From positions 1 through 25,449 of IMG/VR virus record IMGVR_UViG_3300037465_000306: a DNA stretch of 25,449 bases, one strand, 5' to 3'. The translations under genes were made by a program, and so were the position numbers. Source of the stretch: a virus. Lineage: Duplodnaviria > Caudoviricetes. Positions within the stretch are counted from its first letter, which is position 1. The number at the start of each line of letters is the position of its first letter. The notes under the pieces were generated by a model. The model was not told the origin of the DNA and did no database searches. It saw nothing but the letters and a program-made list of their open reading frames with translations. This document shows, piece by piece, positions 1-8,803 of this stretch.

Positions 1-1
1 C

Positions 2-394
2 TCTAATAAAGAGTATGAATACATTACGCTTGCCGATGCAACAGACATACAATTTACATCAGCAATGGTTAAGAATGAGGGTTACACGTGGCTGGTGAAT
101 AATACATGTTTGGGAAATCAGATCATGCTAATTCACATTGTCGGGCCCAGCGCGATCAAAATCACAAATTCCCCTGTGAACACTGTCACCGCGCTAGAAC
201 CAAGGATTTTGGCTAAAATCGCAGCTTTCCCTCATCTACAGGAAATTTACAGAGCGTCAAAAGACAAAATGCAATCTAATAAGCAGTTGCCAGCATCCGC
301 TGAACAAACTATTAGAGAAGCTACAAAAGAAGATTACGAAGATGTGAACGGCGTGTATCCTGTACTTGCAGGATCAGGCTTGGAAGATTTCTAG
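2..394 (+). CDS. Hypothetical protein, 5'-truncated
   Basis: The frame of ORF 65..394 is open back to position 2, so the true start may lie outside the window. No recognisable motif. Followed by the palindrome and a terminator. Confidence 0.6.
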   Translation, partial: SNKEYEYITLADATDIQFTSAMVKNEGYTWLVNNTCLGNQIMLIHIVGPSAIKITNSPVNTVTALEPRILAKIAAFPHLQEIYRASKDKMQSNKQLPASAEQTIREATKEDYEDVNGVYPVLAGSGLEDF

Positions 395-423
395 TTAGTA
401 AAGCAGCTTAACCAATCTCCCAC

Positions 424-453
424 ACCCCCGCCTCTATGGATGCGGGGTTTCTT
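424..453 (+). terminator. Intrinsic terminator built from an inverted pair of the CCCCGCHTC repeat
   Basis: CCCCGCCTC-tatg-GATGCGGGG followed by TTTCTT, just downstream of the ORF ending at 394. Confidence 0.75.
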
Positions 454-470
454 ATTTCCCAGAAAATATG

Positions 471-500
471 TTGACAATCATCTATACAATAAGGTACAAT
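471..500 (+). promoter_or_regulatory. Sigma70-type promoter for the helicase
   Basis: TTGACA (471-476), 18-nt spacer, TACAAT (495-500). The spacer contains ATCTATACAAT, shared with the polB promoter. Confidence 0.75.
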
Positions 501-553
501 TTAGATAAAGCGGAAAGAAACCGCTAGACCAAATTCTAAAAAACAAATAATAA

Positions 554-2236
554 GTGAGAAACAAAACCATGCAATCAACATCCAACCTAAACAAACCCGC
601 CTCTAATACCAGAATTATCGATCTGACCCCTGACAAAAAGATAAAAGTTAAGTTTGATTATGACAATGATATCTACAAAACCATCAAAGGTGTTCACGGG
701 GGTTACTTTGTCGCTGAGAATTCGCGTAACAAATACTGGCTATTTGGGTCTCAGTGTGTGGAAAAATTAATAGATGTACTGATTCCTTTTGGGTTTGAAA
801 TTACAGACGCGCTGGATCAGTATTTGGAAACCATTAGAGAAGAGAAGCGGTTAGCCAAGGAGAAAATAGAAAATCGAGTAGACTGGTGTTTCGAGCATCT
901 AGAATCTGAGTCCGAGGAATGGAACTTCACCCCCTATCTTCACCAATGGGAAACAATCAATTTCATCCTGAATCAGCCTAATTTATCTGCCATTATCAGC
1001 GATGATCCGGGATTGGGGAAAACATTATCTGCTTTGATATCTGCAAAAGCAATCCGAGACTTTTACAGATTTGAGTATGGAGAATTTTTGTCCATCATTG
1101 TCGTCTGTCCGGTTTCATTGAAACTCAATTGGTTGATAGAAGCGGAGAAAGTAAAGCTAAAACTAGAGATTTTTTCCCATGCCAAAACACCAAAAGCACC
1201 GATCAATAAAAAATACATACTGATCGCAGATGAGGCACATGTATATAAAAATCCCGCCTCAGCACGATCCAAAAAATTTCTAGAATTGGCTGCTGACCAT
1301 AATTGCGTAAGTGTTTTGGCGATGACAGCGACACCAATGCTGAACGGTAGACATGCGGAATTGTACCCATTACTCAAGGCTATCAAGCACCCTGTGGCGG
1401 ATTCTAAAAAGTATTACGATATACGATATTGCGACGCAAAACCCACCGCTTTTACAGCTTGGGATGTTACAGGATCAATCAATTCTGAGGAATTATCGGA
1501 ACGAATATCGGACAAGCTTATAAAGCACCGAAAAGAGGAATGTATCGATCTCCCAGAGAAAACAATTATTGATATTTTCTGTGAGCCGAATAAAGTGGCC
1601 GAAGATGAATACAATGAGAACATTGAGCAGCTTAAGCAAAGCTATTTGGAAAGAGCAAGCAAAGGTGAGGTTAGTTTACAGGCTGAGGCACTGGTCACGC
1701 TAGGTCACTTGCGCAGATCAGCCAGTATTTACAAGTCTTATCAAACTATAAATACTGTTCAATCAATGATTGATGCGGGGTTACCTGTCGTAGTCTTTGC
1801 AGAATTTAGGGAATCAGCAGATCGGATTGCTGCACACTTCAATGTAAAATCGCTCAATGGAGATACTAAATTAGAAGATCGGCAGCAAATGGTGGATGAT
1901 TTTCAATCAGGTAAAAATTTAGTTTTTGTTGGATCGATCGCTGCCGGTGGTGTGGGCATCACTTTAACACGAGCCAATTACTTGGTAATGAACGATTTTC
2001 CTTGGAATCCTGGACTATACACGCAAGCAACCGATCGTATTCACAGGATAGGACAAAATAAAAATTGTACAATCTACAATATTTTTGGAAAAGATATTGA
2101 TTACGTGATGGCCACCATCAATAATCAGAAATCAACCAATATTGACAGAGTCATTAACGAAAAAATCGGAGTTATCCCTGACAAGCTTGATAGCAAATTC
2201 TATCAACGACTAGTAGAAAAGTTACTGGATATCTGA
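554..2236 (+). CDS. SNF2/SWI2-family SF2 helicase-like ATPase
   Basis: Motif I DDPGLGKT, Ia VVCPVSLKLNW, II DEAH, III TATP, V AGGVGITLTRA, VI QATDRIHRIGQ. The start may be ATG 569. Confidence 0.93.
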   Translation: MRNKTMQSTSNLNKPASNTRIIDLTPDKKIKVKFDYDNDIYKTIKGVHGGYFVAENSRNKYWLFGSQCVEKLIDVLIPFGFEITDALDQYLETIREEKRLAKEKIENRVDWCFEHLESESEEWNFTPYLHQWETINFILNQPNLSAIISDDPGLGKTLSALISAKAIRDFYRFEYGEFLSIIVVCPVSLKLNWLIEAEKVKLKLEIFSHAKTPKAPINKKYILIADEAHVYKNPASARSKKFLELAADHNCVSVLAMTATPMLNGRHAELYPLLKAIKHPVADSKKYYDIRYCDAKPTAFTAWDVTGSINSEELSERISDKLIKHRKEECIDLPEKTIIDIFCEPNKVAEDEYNENIEQLKQSYLERASKGEVSLQAEALVTLGHLRRSASIYKSYQTINTVQSMIDAGLPVVVFAEFRESADRIAAHFNVKSLNGDTKLEDRQQMVDDFQSGKNLVFVGSIAAGGVGITLTRANYLVMNDFPWNPGLYTQATDRIHRIGQNKNCTIYNIFGKDIDYVMATINNQKSTNIDRVINEKIGVIPDKLDSKFYQRLVEKLLDI

Positions 2237-2333
2237 ATTTACAGCCCCCGCCTCTATCAAAAAGATGCGGGGGTGGGGATTCCGACCCAGGAATTTGGAT
2301 GAACTTACAGCCCCCGCCTCGGGGGTTTTTTTT
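2234..2333 (+). terminator. Tandem terminator hairpins within a 21-bp direct repeat
   Basis: TGAA(T/C)TTACAGCCCCCGCCTC at 2234-2254 and 2300-2320. Hairpins 2245-2273 and CCCCCG-cct-CGGGGG plus T8 (2311-2333). Confidence 0.7.
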
Positions 2334-2363
2334 CAGTCGGTAAAGCAGCTTTACTATATTATG

Positions 2364-2393
2364 TTGACAACTATCTATACAATCGTCTATGAT
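2364..2393 (+). promoter_or_regulatory. Sigma70-type promoter for polB
   Basis: TTGACA (2364-2369), 18-nt spacer, TATGAT (2388-2393). Confidence 0.75.
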
Positions 2394-2445
2394 ATAAACA
2401 GCATAACTGCTAAACCCATCTTTCTGATCAGATCCTAACCCCCAT

Positions 2446-4401
2446 ATGCTTACAAAACAATTGCAACAATTCAGAAGACTTGCAAAAGTTACTGACAAAA
2501 GTGTAACCATCAACGAGGACGATATAAATATTTATGAGTATGATGAAACATTCATACCTGAATGGAAACCTACAATTACATTAAAGCCATTAGAGCAAGT
2601 ATCTAAAATTTACTTGGATATCGAAACAACCGGATTAGATCCAGACTCAGACGAGGTTGTTTTGATAGGACTGATGAATGAGAAAGGTAGGATTCACATC
2701 ATAGATTGCAAATCCAATGGTGAATTGAGCGGACTCTTGACATTTTTAGAGATACTAGGAAAGAAAAAACCAGAAATATTGCTAACATTCAATGGCTTCA
2801 AATTTGACTTACCTTTTTTGATTAAAAGGATGCGATTACTAGGTATACCTAGTAATCAAATACCTTTTTATATCAATCACGAAAAGACAAAGACATTTAG
2901 AATCGCACAGCAATTTTCTGTACCAGTAGAATATAATGATATTTGGTTAAATAGAGGCGAAATAGCAATAATAGATCTATTTCATCAGACTCTAGCATGG
3001 GATTATGTCAATCATAAGTTAACTAGATACGGTTTGAAACATATACCCAACCAATTGAATTTGCCGGGATACGAGAATGATAAACCCATAGAATTATCAT
3101 ATCCTCAGATGCAGCAAGCGATCGCTAATTGGGATGTGAGATCGCCTACAAAGGGAGTGACTGGCAAAGAATTGCTAATAGAGTATCTAGAATCAGATTT
3201 AAAAGCCACAAAAGCAATAGGTGATTTTTTATTGCCTGATATCTACTATCAAAAATTAATTTTGCCTGATTGGAATTTACAATCATTAGCTAGTAGCGGA
3301 AATGGCTCAAAATGGAATGATATTCTAAAACAACACTACAACAGAAAGGGATCACCCCCGCCTCAAACATCACCTAAGTTAACATTTGTAGGCGGGCTGA
3401 CAGGTTCCAAACCTGGATTATTTAGAAATATTGCTAAGATCGATGTAGCCAGCCTTTATCCCTCTATTATGCTGCTATATGGGATTTGCTCTGATAAGGA
3501 CCCAGACAGACATTGTCTTTCCGTTTTACGATTTCTTAGAAATGAGAGATTAAGATTGAAAGCTATAGCTGAGGAGAAGAAAGGAACACCCGAAGGAATG
3601 CAGGCCAAACAGACTCAGGGTGCATTAAAGGTACTTATCAATAGCGGTTATGGATTCTTGTCAACTGGATTTATTGAATACAATGATTTTATTGCGGGGG
3701 CCGGAGTGACGGCACATGGTAGGGCGATTTTAAAGCGTATGATGTCGGCATTGGAAGAATGCGGTATGATAAATATTTCCATCGATACTGATGGGATTTA
3801 TTTCGCATCCGATGATCCTACTTTTGCTAAAAATAAAGCCGCTTGGCAATATTGCCAATCTAAAATGCCAAAATCAATAATCCTAGAATATGAATTAGAA
3901 GCACTTGCCATGTATTGCCCACCCAATGAGAATGATTCAGAAAAGGGATTGCGCAAAAATTACGTTTATGCCTATTTTGATAAAAAGTCGAATGAGGTAA
4001 AAATTAAAGCAAAAGGCAAATTCATTAAGCGTGATAAATGTCATTTAGAGCGATCATTTATCCCTGAGTTAATTAAACACTATTTAGAGGGAAAACATGA
4101 AGCATACTACAAGGAAATACTATCTCAACTTTTAATGGGAATTTACCCAGTAGAAAAATTAGCCGTAAATCGCAAAATCAAGGCTAATGAGTCTAGAATT
4201 GTGGAATTGGGATTAGGCAAACCGGGGGATGTAGTAACCATCTACAAAGAGCGTGATAAAGTTTTGTATGGCAAGCGTGGTCAAGTGTTGAAAAAAAAAG
4301 AAATAATGTGGACTGATGACCCTAGTCGTATCGATTGGAGCTATTATGTGAAAGTGGTACAGTCCATGTGGGATCAATTTGAGAAATGCCCTAAATATTA
4401 G
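2446..4401 (+). CDS. polB: Family B DNA polymerase with 3'-5' exonuclease domain
   Basis: ExoI DIETTG, ExoII FNGFKFDLPFL, ExoIII YLESD, motif A DVASLYPS, motif B KVLINSGYG, motif C IDTDG. Confidence 0.95.
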   Translation: MLTKQLQQFRRLAKVTDKSVTINEDDINIYEYDETFIPEWKPTITLKPLEQVSKIYLDIETTGLDPDSDEVVLIGLMNEKGRIHIIDCKSNGELSGLLTFLEILGKKKPEILLTFNGFKFDLPFLIKRMRLLGIPSNQIPFYINHEKTKTFRIAQQFSVPVEYNDIWLNRGEIAIIDLFHQTLAWDYVNHKLTRYGLKHIPNQLNLPGYENDKPIELSYPQMQQAIANWDVRSPTKGVTGKELLIEYLESDLKATKAIGDFLLPDIYYQKLILPDWNLQSLASSGNGSKWNDILKQHYNRKGSPPPQTSPKLTFVGGLTGSKPGLFRNIAKIDVASLYPSIMLLYGICSDKDPDRHCLSVLRFLRNERLRLKAIAEEKKGTPEGMQAKQTQGALKVLINSGYGFLSTGFIEYNDFIAGAGVTAHGRAILKRMMSALEECGMINISIDTDGIYFASDDPTFAKNKAAWQYCQSKMPKSIILEYELEALAMYCPPNENDSEKGLRKNYVYAYFDKKSNEVKIKAKGKFIKRDKCHLERSFIPELIKHYLEGKHEAYYKEILSQLLMGIYPVEKLAVNRKIKANESRIVELGLGKPGDVVTIYKERDKVLYGKRGQVLKKKEIMWTDDPSRIDWSYYVKVVQSMWDQFEKCPKY

Positions 4402-4420
4402 TTAGTAAAGCAGCTTTACC

Positions 4421-4455
4421 AAAACCCCCGCCTCTAAACAGAAGCGGGGGTTTTT
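4421..4455. terminator. Intrinsic terminator, potentially bidirectional
   Basis: AAAACCCCCGCCTCT-aaac-AGAAGCGGGGGTTTTT after the polB stop. Confidence 0.85.
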
Positions 4456-4468
4456 GATAAATACGTAG

Positions 4469-4510
4469 GGCGTGTAAATGGTTGACAATTGGCGTGTAAA
4501 CGGTTAACCT
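4469..4510 (+). promoter_or_regulatory. Promoter of tnpB overlapped by an 18-bp direct repeat
   Basis: TTGACA (4482-4487), 17-nt spacer, TAACCT (4505-4510). GGCGTGTAAATGGTTGAC (4469-4486) and GGCGTGTAAACGGTTAAC (4491-4508). Confidence 0.6.
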
Positions 4511-4541
4511 TATATTATCTGCTCCATTTCTTAACGTAAAC

Positions 4542-5729
4542 ATGAAAGCTAGGTATAAGTACAGATTCTATCCAACAGACCAACAACAACAGAGTTTAGC
4601 TCAGTTGTTTGGGTGTGTTCGGGTTGTCTGGAATGATGCCCTGGCTATTTGTAAGCGCTCTGAAAAGTTGCCCAGTAACAATGACTTGCAAAAGTTGGTG
4701 ATTACACAAGCCAAAAAGACTGATGAGCGTTCATGGTTGTCTGGTGTTTCTTCAGTGCCATTACAGCAGTCTGTCGCTGATTTAGGAGTTGCCTATAAAA
4801 ACTTTTTCGATTCACTTAAAGGTAAGCGCAAGGGCAAAAAGGTCGGTAGTCCTAAATTCAAAAAGAAGACGCAAAGGCAATCAGCACGATTTACAATTAA
4901 TGGATTTTCAATCAAAGGAGAAGAAGTATATCTAGCCAAAATTGGTAATGTTAAGCCTATTTGGTCGAGAGAATTACCATCTGCGCCAAGTAGCGTAACT
5001 GTTATCAAAGATTGTGCTCACCGCTATTTTCTCAGCTTTGTTGTAGAAGTTCAACCCAATACTACCGTTGCCAAAAACCAAAGCATAGGTATTGATTTGG
5101 GAATCAAAACTTTTGCAGTTATGAGCAATGGGGAGAAAGCAATAAGCCCTAATTACTCAAAGAAAGACCGCAAAATTCGCAAACTACAACGTAAGCTAGC
5201 AAGGCAACAGAAAGGTTCTAAACGTCGTGAAGTCACCAGATTAAAGATTGCTAAGCAACATAACAAAATCGCAGATACCCGAAAAGATTTCCTGCACAAG
5301 TTGTCAACCAGAATAATTAACGATAACCAAGTAATTGTTTTGGAAGACTTGAATGTATCAGGAATGTTAAAAAACCGCAGGCTATCTAGGTTGATTAGTT
5401 TGCAGGGATGGCGAGAATTCCGGGTATTGTGTGAAGCTAAATCAGAAAAATTTAACCGGGATTTCAGAGTAATTAGTAGATGGGAACCTACTAGCCAAAC
5501 TTGTTCTTGCTGTGGGTATCGTTGGGGCAAGATTGATTTGTCTGTTCGCTCAATACGTTGCTTAAGTTGCGGTAATAAACACGATAGGGATGAGAATGCG
5601 TCCCTAAATATAGAAATGGTCGGCATGGGGCATCGGCACGACCTTAAACGGACGGGGAGCGACAGTAAGACTACTTCGGTAGCAAGTTGCTGTGAGCCGT
5701 CAAGAATCACCGACGTTCAACGTCGGTGA
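4542..5729 (+). CDS. tnpB: IS200/IS605-family RNA-guided endonuclease TnpB; RuvC triad intact; no tnpA
   Basis: N-terminal KARYKYRFYP...FGCVRVVWN, RuvC-I GIDLG, RuvC-II LEDLNV, Zn ribbon TSQTCSCCG...CLSCG, RuvC-III DRDENASLNI. Confidence 0.96.
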   Translation: MKARYKYRFYPTDQQQQSLAQLFGCVRVVWNDALAICKRSEKLPSNNDLQKLVITQAKKTDERSWLSGVSSVPLQQSVADLGVAYKNFFDSLKGKRKGKKVGSPKFKKKTQRQSARFTINGFSIKGEEVYLAKIGNVKPIWSRELPSAPSSVTVIKDCAHRYFLSFVVEVQPNTTVAKNQSIGIDLGIKTFAVMSNGEKAISPNYSKKDRKIRKLQRKLARQQKGSKRREVTRLKIAKQHNKIADTRKDFLHKLSTRIINDNQVIVLEDLNVSGMLKNRRLSRLISLQGWREFRVLCEAKSEKFNRDFRVISRWEPTSQTCSCCGYRWGKIDLSVRSIRCLSCGNKHDRDENASLNIEMVGMGHRHDLKRTGSDSKTTSVASCCEPSRITDVQRR

Positions 5730-5758
5730 GTATGTCAACAGAAAAACCCCCGCCTCTG
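5600..5758 (+). ncRNA. Predicted TnpB omega/reRNA: scaffold overlapping the tnpB 3' end, IS right end at TCAA (5735-5738), guide from 5739
   Basis: Subterminal hairpin TCACCGACGTT-c-AACGTCGGTGA (5707-5729) then GTATGTCAA, the usual IS605-group right-end layout. The 5' boundary is only an estimate. Confidence 0.65.
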
Positions 5759-5774
5759 TTTGGAAGCGGGGGTT
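5742..5774. terminator. Terminator between convergent tnpB and dcd
   Basis: AAAAACCCCCGCCTCT-gttt-GGAAGCGGGGGTT; the A5 run gives a U-tract on the minus strand. Confidence 0.75.
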
Positions 5775-5829
5775 GTAACGTGGCTAGGTTGTACTGCAAA
5801 GTCGCTACCAAAATATCAAGGGAACGTAA

Positions 5830-6375
5830 TTACATTCCCATGATATCCTCTGTGTAAACCGTAGATGCACCCAAATCTCCACAGCTGGAGGGCAATACGC
5901 TGCTGGCATCCTGATATTTGCCATTGTAGGGCGTTTCAGGTGTGGTGGTATTCATGATAATTAATTGGCCAATTCTTAAACCTGGATATATAGGCACACT
6001 ACGCATGATTGAATTATTTTTTAGCTCCAGCGTAATTATTCCTCTATATCCATTATCAATCCAGCCTGCCAAAGCATGATTCAATCCTTCTCTAGCACGG
6101 CTGGATTTAAGCTTTAATTCTGCTGCATAGAAGATGGGCAAGTTGATACGCTCCAGAGTACCAACTAAAATACAATCATTTGGTAATATATAGTACGGAT
6201 CATTTTTCGTATGATATTTGAAATTGGGATAATCCGTAAATCCATGTTTAGTATCTACCATCGCGGATATGCCGATCCTTACGTCAATGCTACTAGGGTT
6301 TAGTAGTTCTTCATCAAAAGGATCTATTAATCCATTTTTACAGGCGTTTCTAATTTGCCAATCTACTAAAATCAT
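5830..6375 (-). CDS. dcd: dCTP deaminase (trimeric dUTPase superfamily)
   Basis: MILVDWQI...LNPSSIDVRIG, TLERINLP, KSSRAREGL, AGWIDNGYRGIITLEL, YPGLRIGQL, YNGKYQ. Confidence 0.92.
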   Translation of the reverse strand: MILVDWQIRNACKNGLIDPFDEELLNPSSIDVRIGISAMVDTKHGFTDYPNFKYHTKNDPYYILPNDCILVGTLERINLPIFYAAELKLKSSRAREGLNHALAGWIDNGYRGIITLELKNNSIMRSVPIYPGLRIGQLIIMNTTTPETPYNGKYQDASSVLPSSCGDLGASTVYTEDIMGM

Positions 6376-6402
6376 GATTTACCCCATCTTTCTGATAAAA
6401 AT

Positions 6403-6648
6403 TTACCACAATTCAGTGGGTTCCGCAAATCTTTCGTCAATTTCAGTACGTAGATACACCAATAAATCCATTAATTCTTGATAGCTATCTATCAGATTGT
6501 TTCTACCGTTGTTAGGTTGCAGAGCTGTGCCGTACTTAATCATCCCAAAATTTTTTCGATCGGACAGATCTCTGATCACCGCATCAATTGAATGAGGATG
6601 ATTGTTTCTTAGAGGCGGGGGTTGAGGTTCTACAAGAGGGTTGATCAT
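6403..6648 (-). CDS. Small conserved phage protein, possibly all-alpha NTP pyrophosphohydrolase-like
   Basis: R..FG..KYGT.L...NGR..L.D.YQELMDLLVYL pattern recalled from phage proteins; sits next to dcd. Function is inference. Confidence 0.55.
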   Translation of the reverse strand: MINPLVEPQPPPLRNNHPHSIDAVIRDLSDRKNFGMIKYGTALQPNNGRNNLIDSYQELMDLLVYLRTEIDERFAEPTELW

Positions 6649-6670
6649 TAATAATAAAGCAGCTTAACCG

Positions 6671-7216
6671 TTATACTGCTGGCGGATCGATGACTGATTT
6701 AACACCGGCAAATAGATTATTACCACCAATTGATAGAAGGTAGTTTCTGGGATCGTAAACCATGGCAAAACTAGTACCTAATTTAATCTCTAGATAGTAG
6801 CACATCATTGATATTTCAGCTTCTAATCCATCCTCTGATAGATCGCCGAAAGGAAGACTTGAAATAAACCCCTTACAAATGAATTGATAAGCTTTATTAG
6901 TATTATCATCCTCCTCGATACAAGCGGTGGCAATTAGAGTTACAGTTCTGCTAGTTCCTGTTACTAGTGCTTTTAATAAATCATCGAAAACTCCTCTAAT
7001 TGTAAAGCTAACTTCTATCTCATTAAAAAACTTCGGCCGGGGGACTATGCCCAATTCGCCGGCGCGTTTGGCGGTGTCAAATTCCTGCTCTAAAATTGGG
7101 CTGGAAAGATCAGTGATGATACCTTTTAAATTGGCTGATATATCATTGTCGGTACCGGATGTATCGTATTCTAATTTTGCATTCCAATGAGTGATCTCAA
7201 ATAGTGAAATTGCCAT
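6671..7216 (-). CDS. Tail tube protein (P2 FII-like, contractile type)
   Basis: 181 aa, beta-rich; the 'RAGELG..PRPKFFNEIEVSFTI' and 'EAEISMMCYYLEI...YDPRNY...IGGNNL' pattern resembles Phage_tube; located in the structural operon. Confidence 0.7.
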   Translation of the reverse strand: MAISLFEITHWNAKLEYDTSGTDNDISANLKGIITDLSSPILEQEFDTAKRAGELGIVPRPKFFNEIEVSFTIRGVFDDLLKALVTGTSRTVTLIATACIEEDDNTNKAYQFICKGFISSLPFGDLSEDGLEAEISMMCYYLEIKLGTSFAMVYDPRNYLLSIGGNNLFAGVKSVIDPPAV

Positions 7217-7248
7217 AATAACCCCGCCTCAATCAACAAATAAACTAC

Positions 7249-7701
7249 CTACTGGGGACTTCCCGCAAGGGATGTTAAACACTGTTCAGTGTCGCTACCT
7301 TCAAACTTTAAATAAAAAGGTACAAGAAAAGTCAGAAGCGATCGCCATTTACCAGATTCAGGTGTGAAATTTTCAAATGATTGTAAAACCATCGTTCCGC
7401 ACCCTTTCAATTTTCTACGGTGTAGTTTGTAAATAATACCAAATACTACAGAATCCAAACTACGCTTTTGATCACTAGTTAGATAATTATTCTCATCATC
7501 ATCATTATATCTAAGGGGTGAAGCGACAGAAATATTAACAGATAAATTGAGATAATTACCCTCAACAGAACCATTAACAATAGCAAAAGTTAGCTCTGAT
7601 TGTTCAAAAATCCCATTAAGATTGGGTATATTTGGTAAATCTTTTACTTCAAAATCTTCTAATAGTATTTTGATTTGATCTGATACATCAGTGAAACTCA
7701 T
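7249..7701 (-). CDS. Putative tail terminator/completion protein (Mu gp37-like)
   Basis: 150 aa acidic protein between the Mu-G-like gene and the tube; call is mostly from synteny. Confidence 0.45.
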   Translation of the reverse strand: MSFTDVSDQIKILLEDFEVKDLPNIPNLNGIFEQSELTFAIVNGSVEGNYLNLSVNISVASPLRYNDDDENNYLTSDQKRSLDSVVFGIIYKLHRRKLKGCGTMVLQSFENFTPESGKWRSLLTFLVPFYLKFEGSDTEQCLTSLAGSPQ

Positions 7702-8144
7702 TTTTTTCTTTGACTTCTAAGTGATTTAACTCGCCTGATTTGTGCGATAATAAAATTATTCAACTTTTTGCGCCTATCATTTGGTATTCCTATCACCACC
7801 CTGGCTGGCATTTTACTAGTTCCGAAATGATGGAATTGATATTTAGGATCTTTGATACCAAATTCAAAATTAGTTTTAGTAGCTTTGTAGTAAAAGGCGT
7901 TAAACATGAAAAAAGTTTCGCGTAGTTTAAATGATGTTTTCTTCCTAGCTAATGTAGATGGCTTCAGAGGTTCCCAAGGTCTACCTTCCGGGTCAATTTC
8001 TTTTTGAAATTGTGTATTAGTTTCTTTTTTAATGTAATTACCAAAATCTCTGAATGCAGGCTCCAAATTACTAGTAGATTGTTTCAAATCTTTCATAAAA
8101 GACTTAAAACTTTTAGCATCTACTGATGCGGTTGGTTGTGTCAT
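7698..8144 (-). CDS. Virion morphogenesis protein (Mu gpG / P2 gpS-like)
   Basis: FQKEIDPEGRPWEPLKPST...KYQFHHFGT..MPARVVIG signature. Start at 8144 (MTQPT) preferred over 8195 because it reduces overlap with the upstream gene. Confidence 0.85.
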   Translation of the reverse strand: MTQPTASVDAKSFKSFMKDLKQSTSNLEPAFRDFGNYIKKETNTQFQKEIDPEGRPWEPLKPSTLARKKTSFKLRETFFMFNAFYYKATKTNFEFGIKDPKYQFHHFGTSKMPARVVIGIPNDRRKKLNNFIIAQIRRVKSLRSQRKK

Positions 8145-8487
8145 TATTACTATTATTGAATTCTGATACCGAGACATAAGAGAAGTGTATTGCATCTCCT
8201 AGGATATTTTGCAATCCTGCTATTCGTGATTGGATTTTAGGTTCCACAGTTAGGACGGCTTTCAATCCATTTATAGTACCATGCAATACCGTCCCTGGAA
8301 CCAGCCAACTAGGAGATGCGGGTGGATCAACCAACCGACCAAAACAAAAACCCTTAGAATCATTCCGCAATAAATCGGCTAAATATCTTCCGCTCTGATC
8401 CTTCAATGTACAAGTGATCCTATTTTTGCCATCACTTGTTAGTAGTTCGGATTTGATGAAAATAGGATCACTATATACAGTATTCAT
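8113..8487 (-). CDS. Hypothetical structural protein, possibly head closure
   Basis: Co-oriented 124-aa ORF in the head-to-tail part of the operon; no motif recognised. Confidence 0.5.
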   Translation of the reverse strand: MNTVYSDPIFIKSELLTSDGKNRITCTLKDQSGRYLADLLRNDSKGFCFGRLVDPPASPSWLVPGTVLHGTINGLKAVLTVEPKIQSRIAGLQNILGDAIHFSYVSVSEFNNSNNDTTNRISRC

Positions 8488-8550
8488 TGTTAGTTGTCTT
8501 TTGGAAGCGGGGGTGTGGTTTTTCTCAGTCGGTAAAGCTGCTTTACTATA

Positions 8551-8796
8551 CTAGATTTTGGGGGTTTTTTTACTCGTCGCCCCCGCATCAGAATCAGGAG
8601 TTTCGATGACAATTATTTCGCCAGATTCTATTGCTATTCGTAAATCTTCGTACTTACACTTAAGCCATTCAAGCTGATCGGGTGTTATACTAACAGAAGA
8701 TTCATTGCTATTTAATTCTATGGATCCTTTAGGAGTACCATAGACTAATTTAGGGGATGCTTGAGCCGATCGCGGTCTGTAAATTAAATTAGGCAT
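8551..8796 (-). CDS. Small hypothetical protein downstream of the capsid gene
   Basis: ATG 8796 (MPNLIY) lies 7 nt after the capsid stop; about 81 aa. Confidence 0.55.
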   Translation of the reverse strand: MPNLIYRPRSAQASPKLVYGTPKGSIELNSNESSVSITPDQLEWLKCKYEDLRIAIESGEIIVIETPDSDAGATSKKTPKI

Positions 8797-8803
8797 GTTT
8801 GAT

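Noticed and set aside
4542-5729. Nuclease-dead TldR or Cas12f effector
   Set aside because: All three RuvC acidic residues are present and there is no array.
5739-5758. TnpB cleaving all repeat A copies
   Set aside because: Repeat A matches only the TAM-distal half of the guide; the copies lack the seed and an adjacent TAM. I saw no perfect TAM plus full-guide target in the window.
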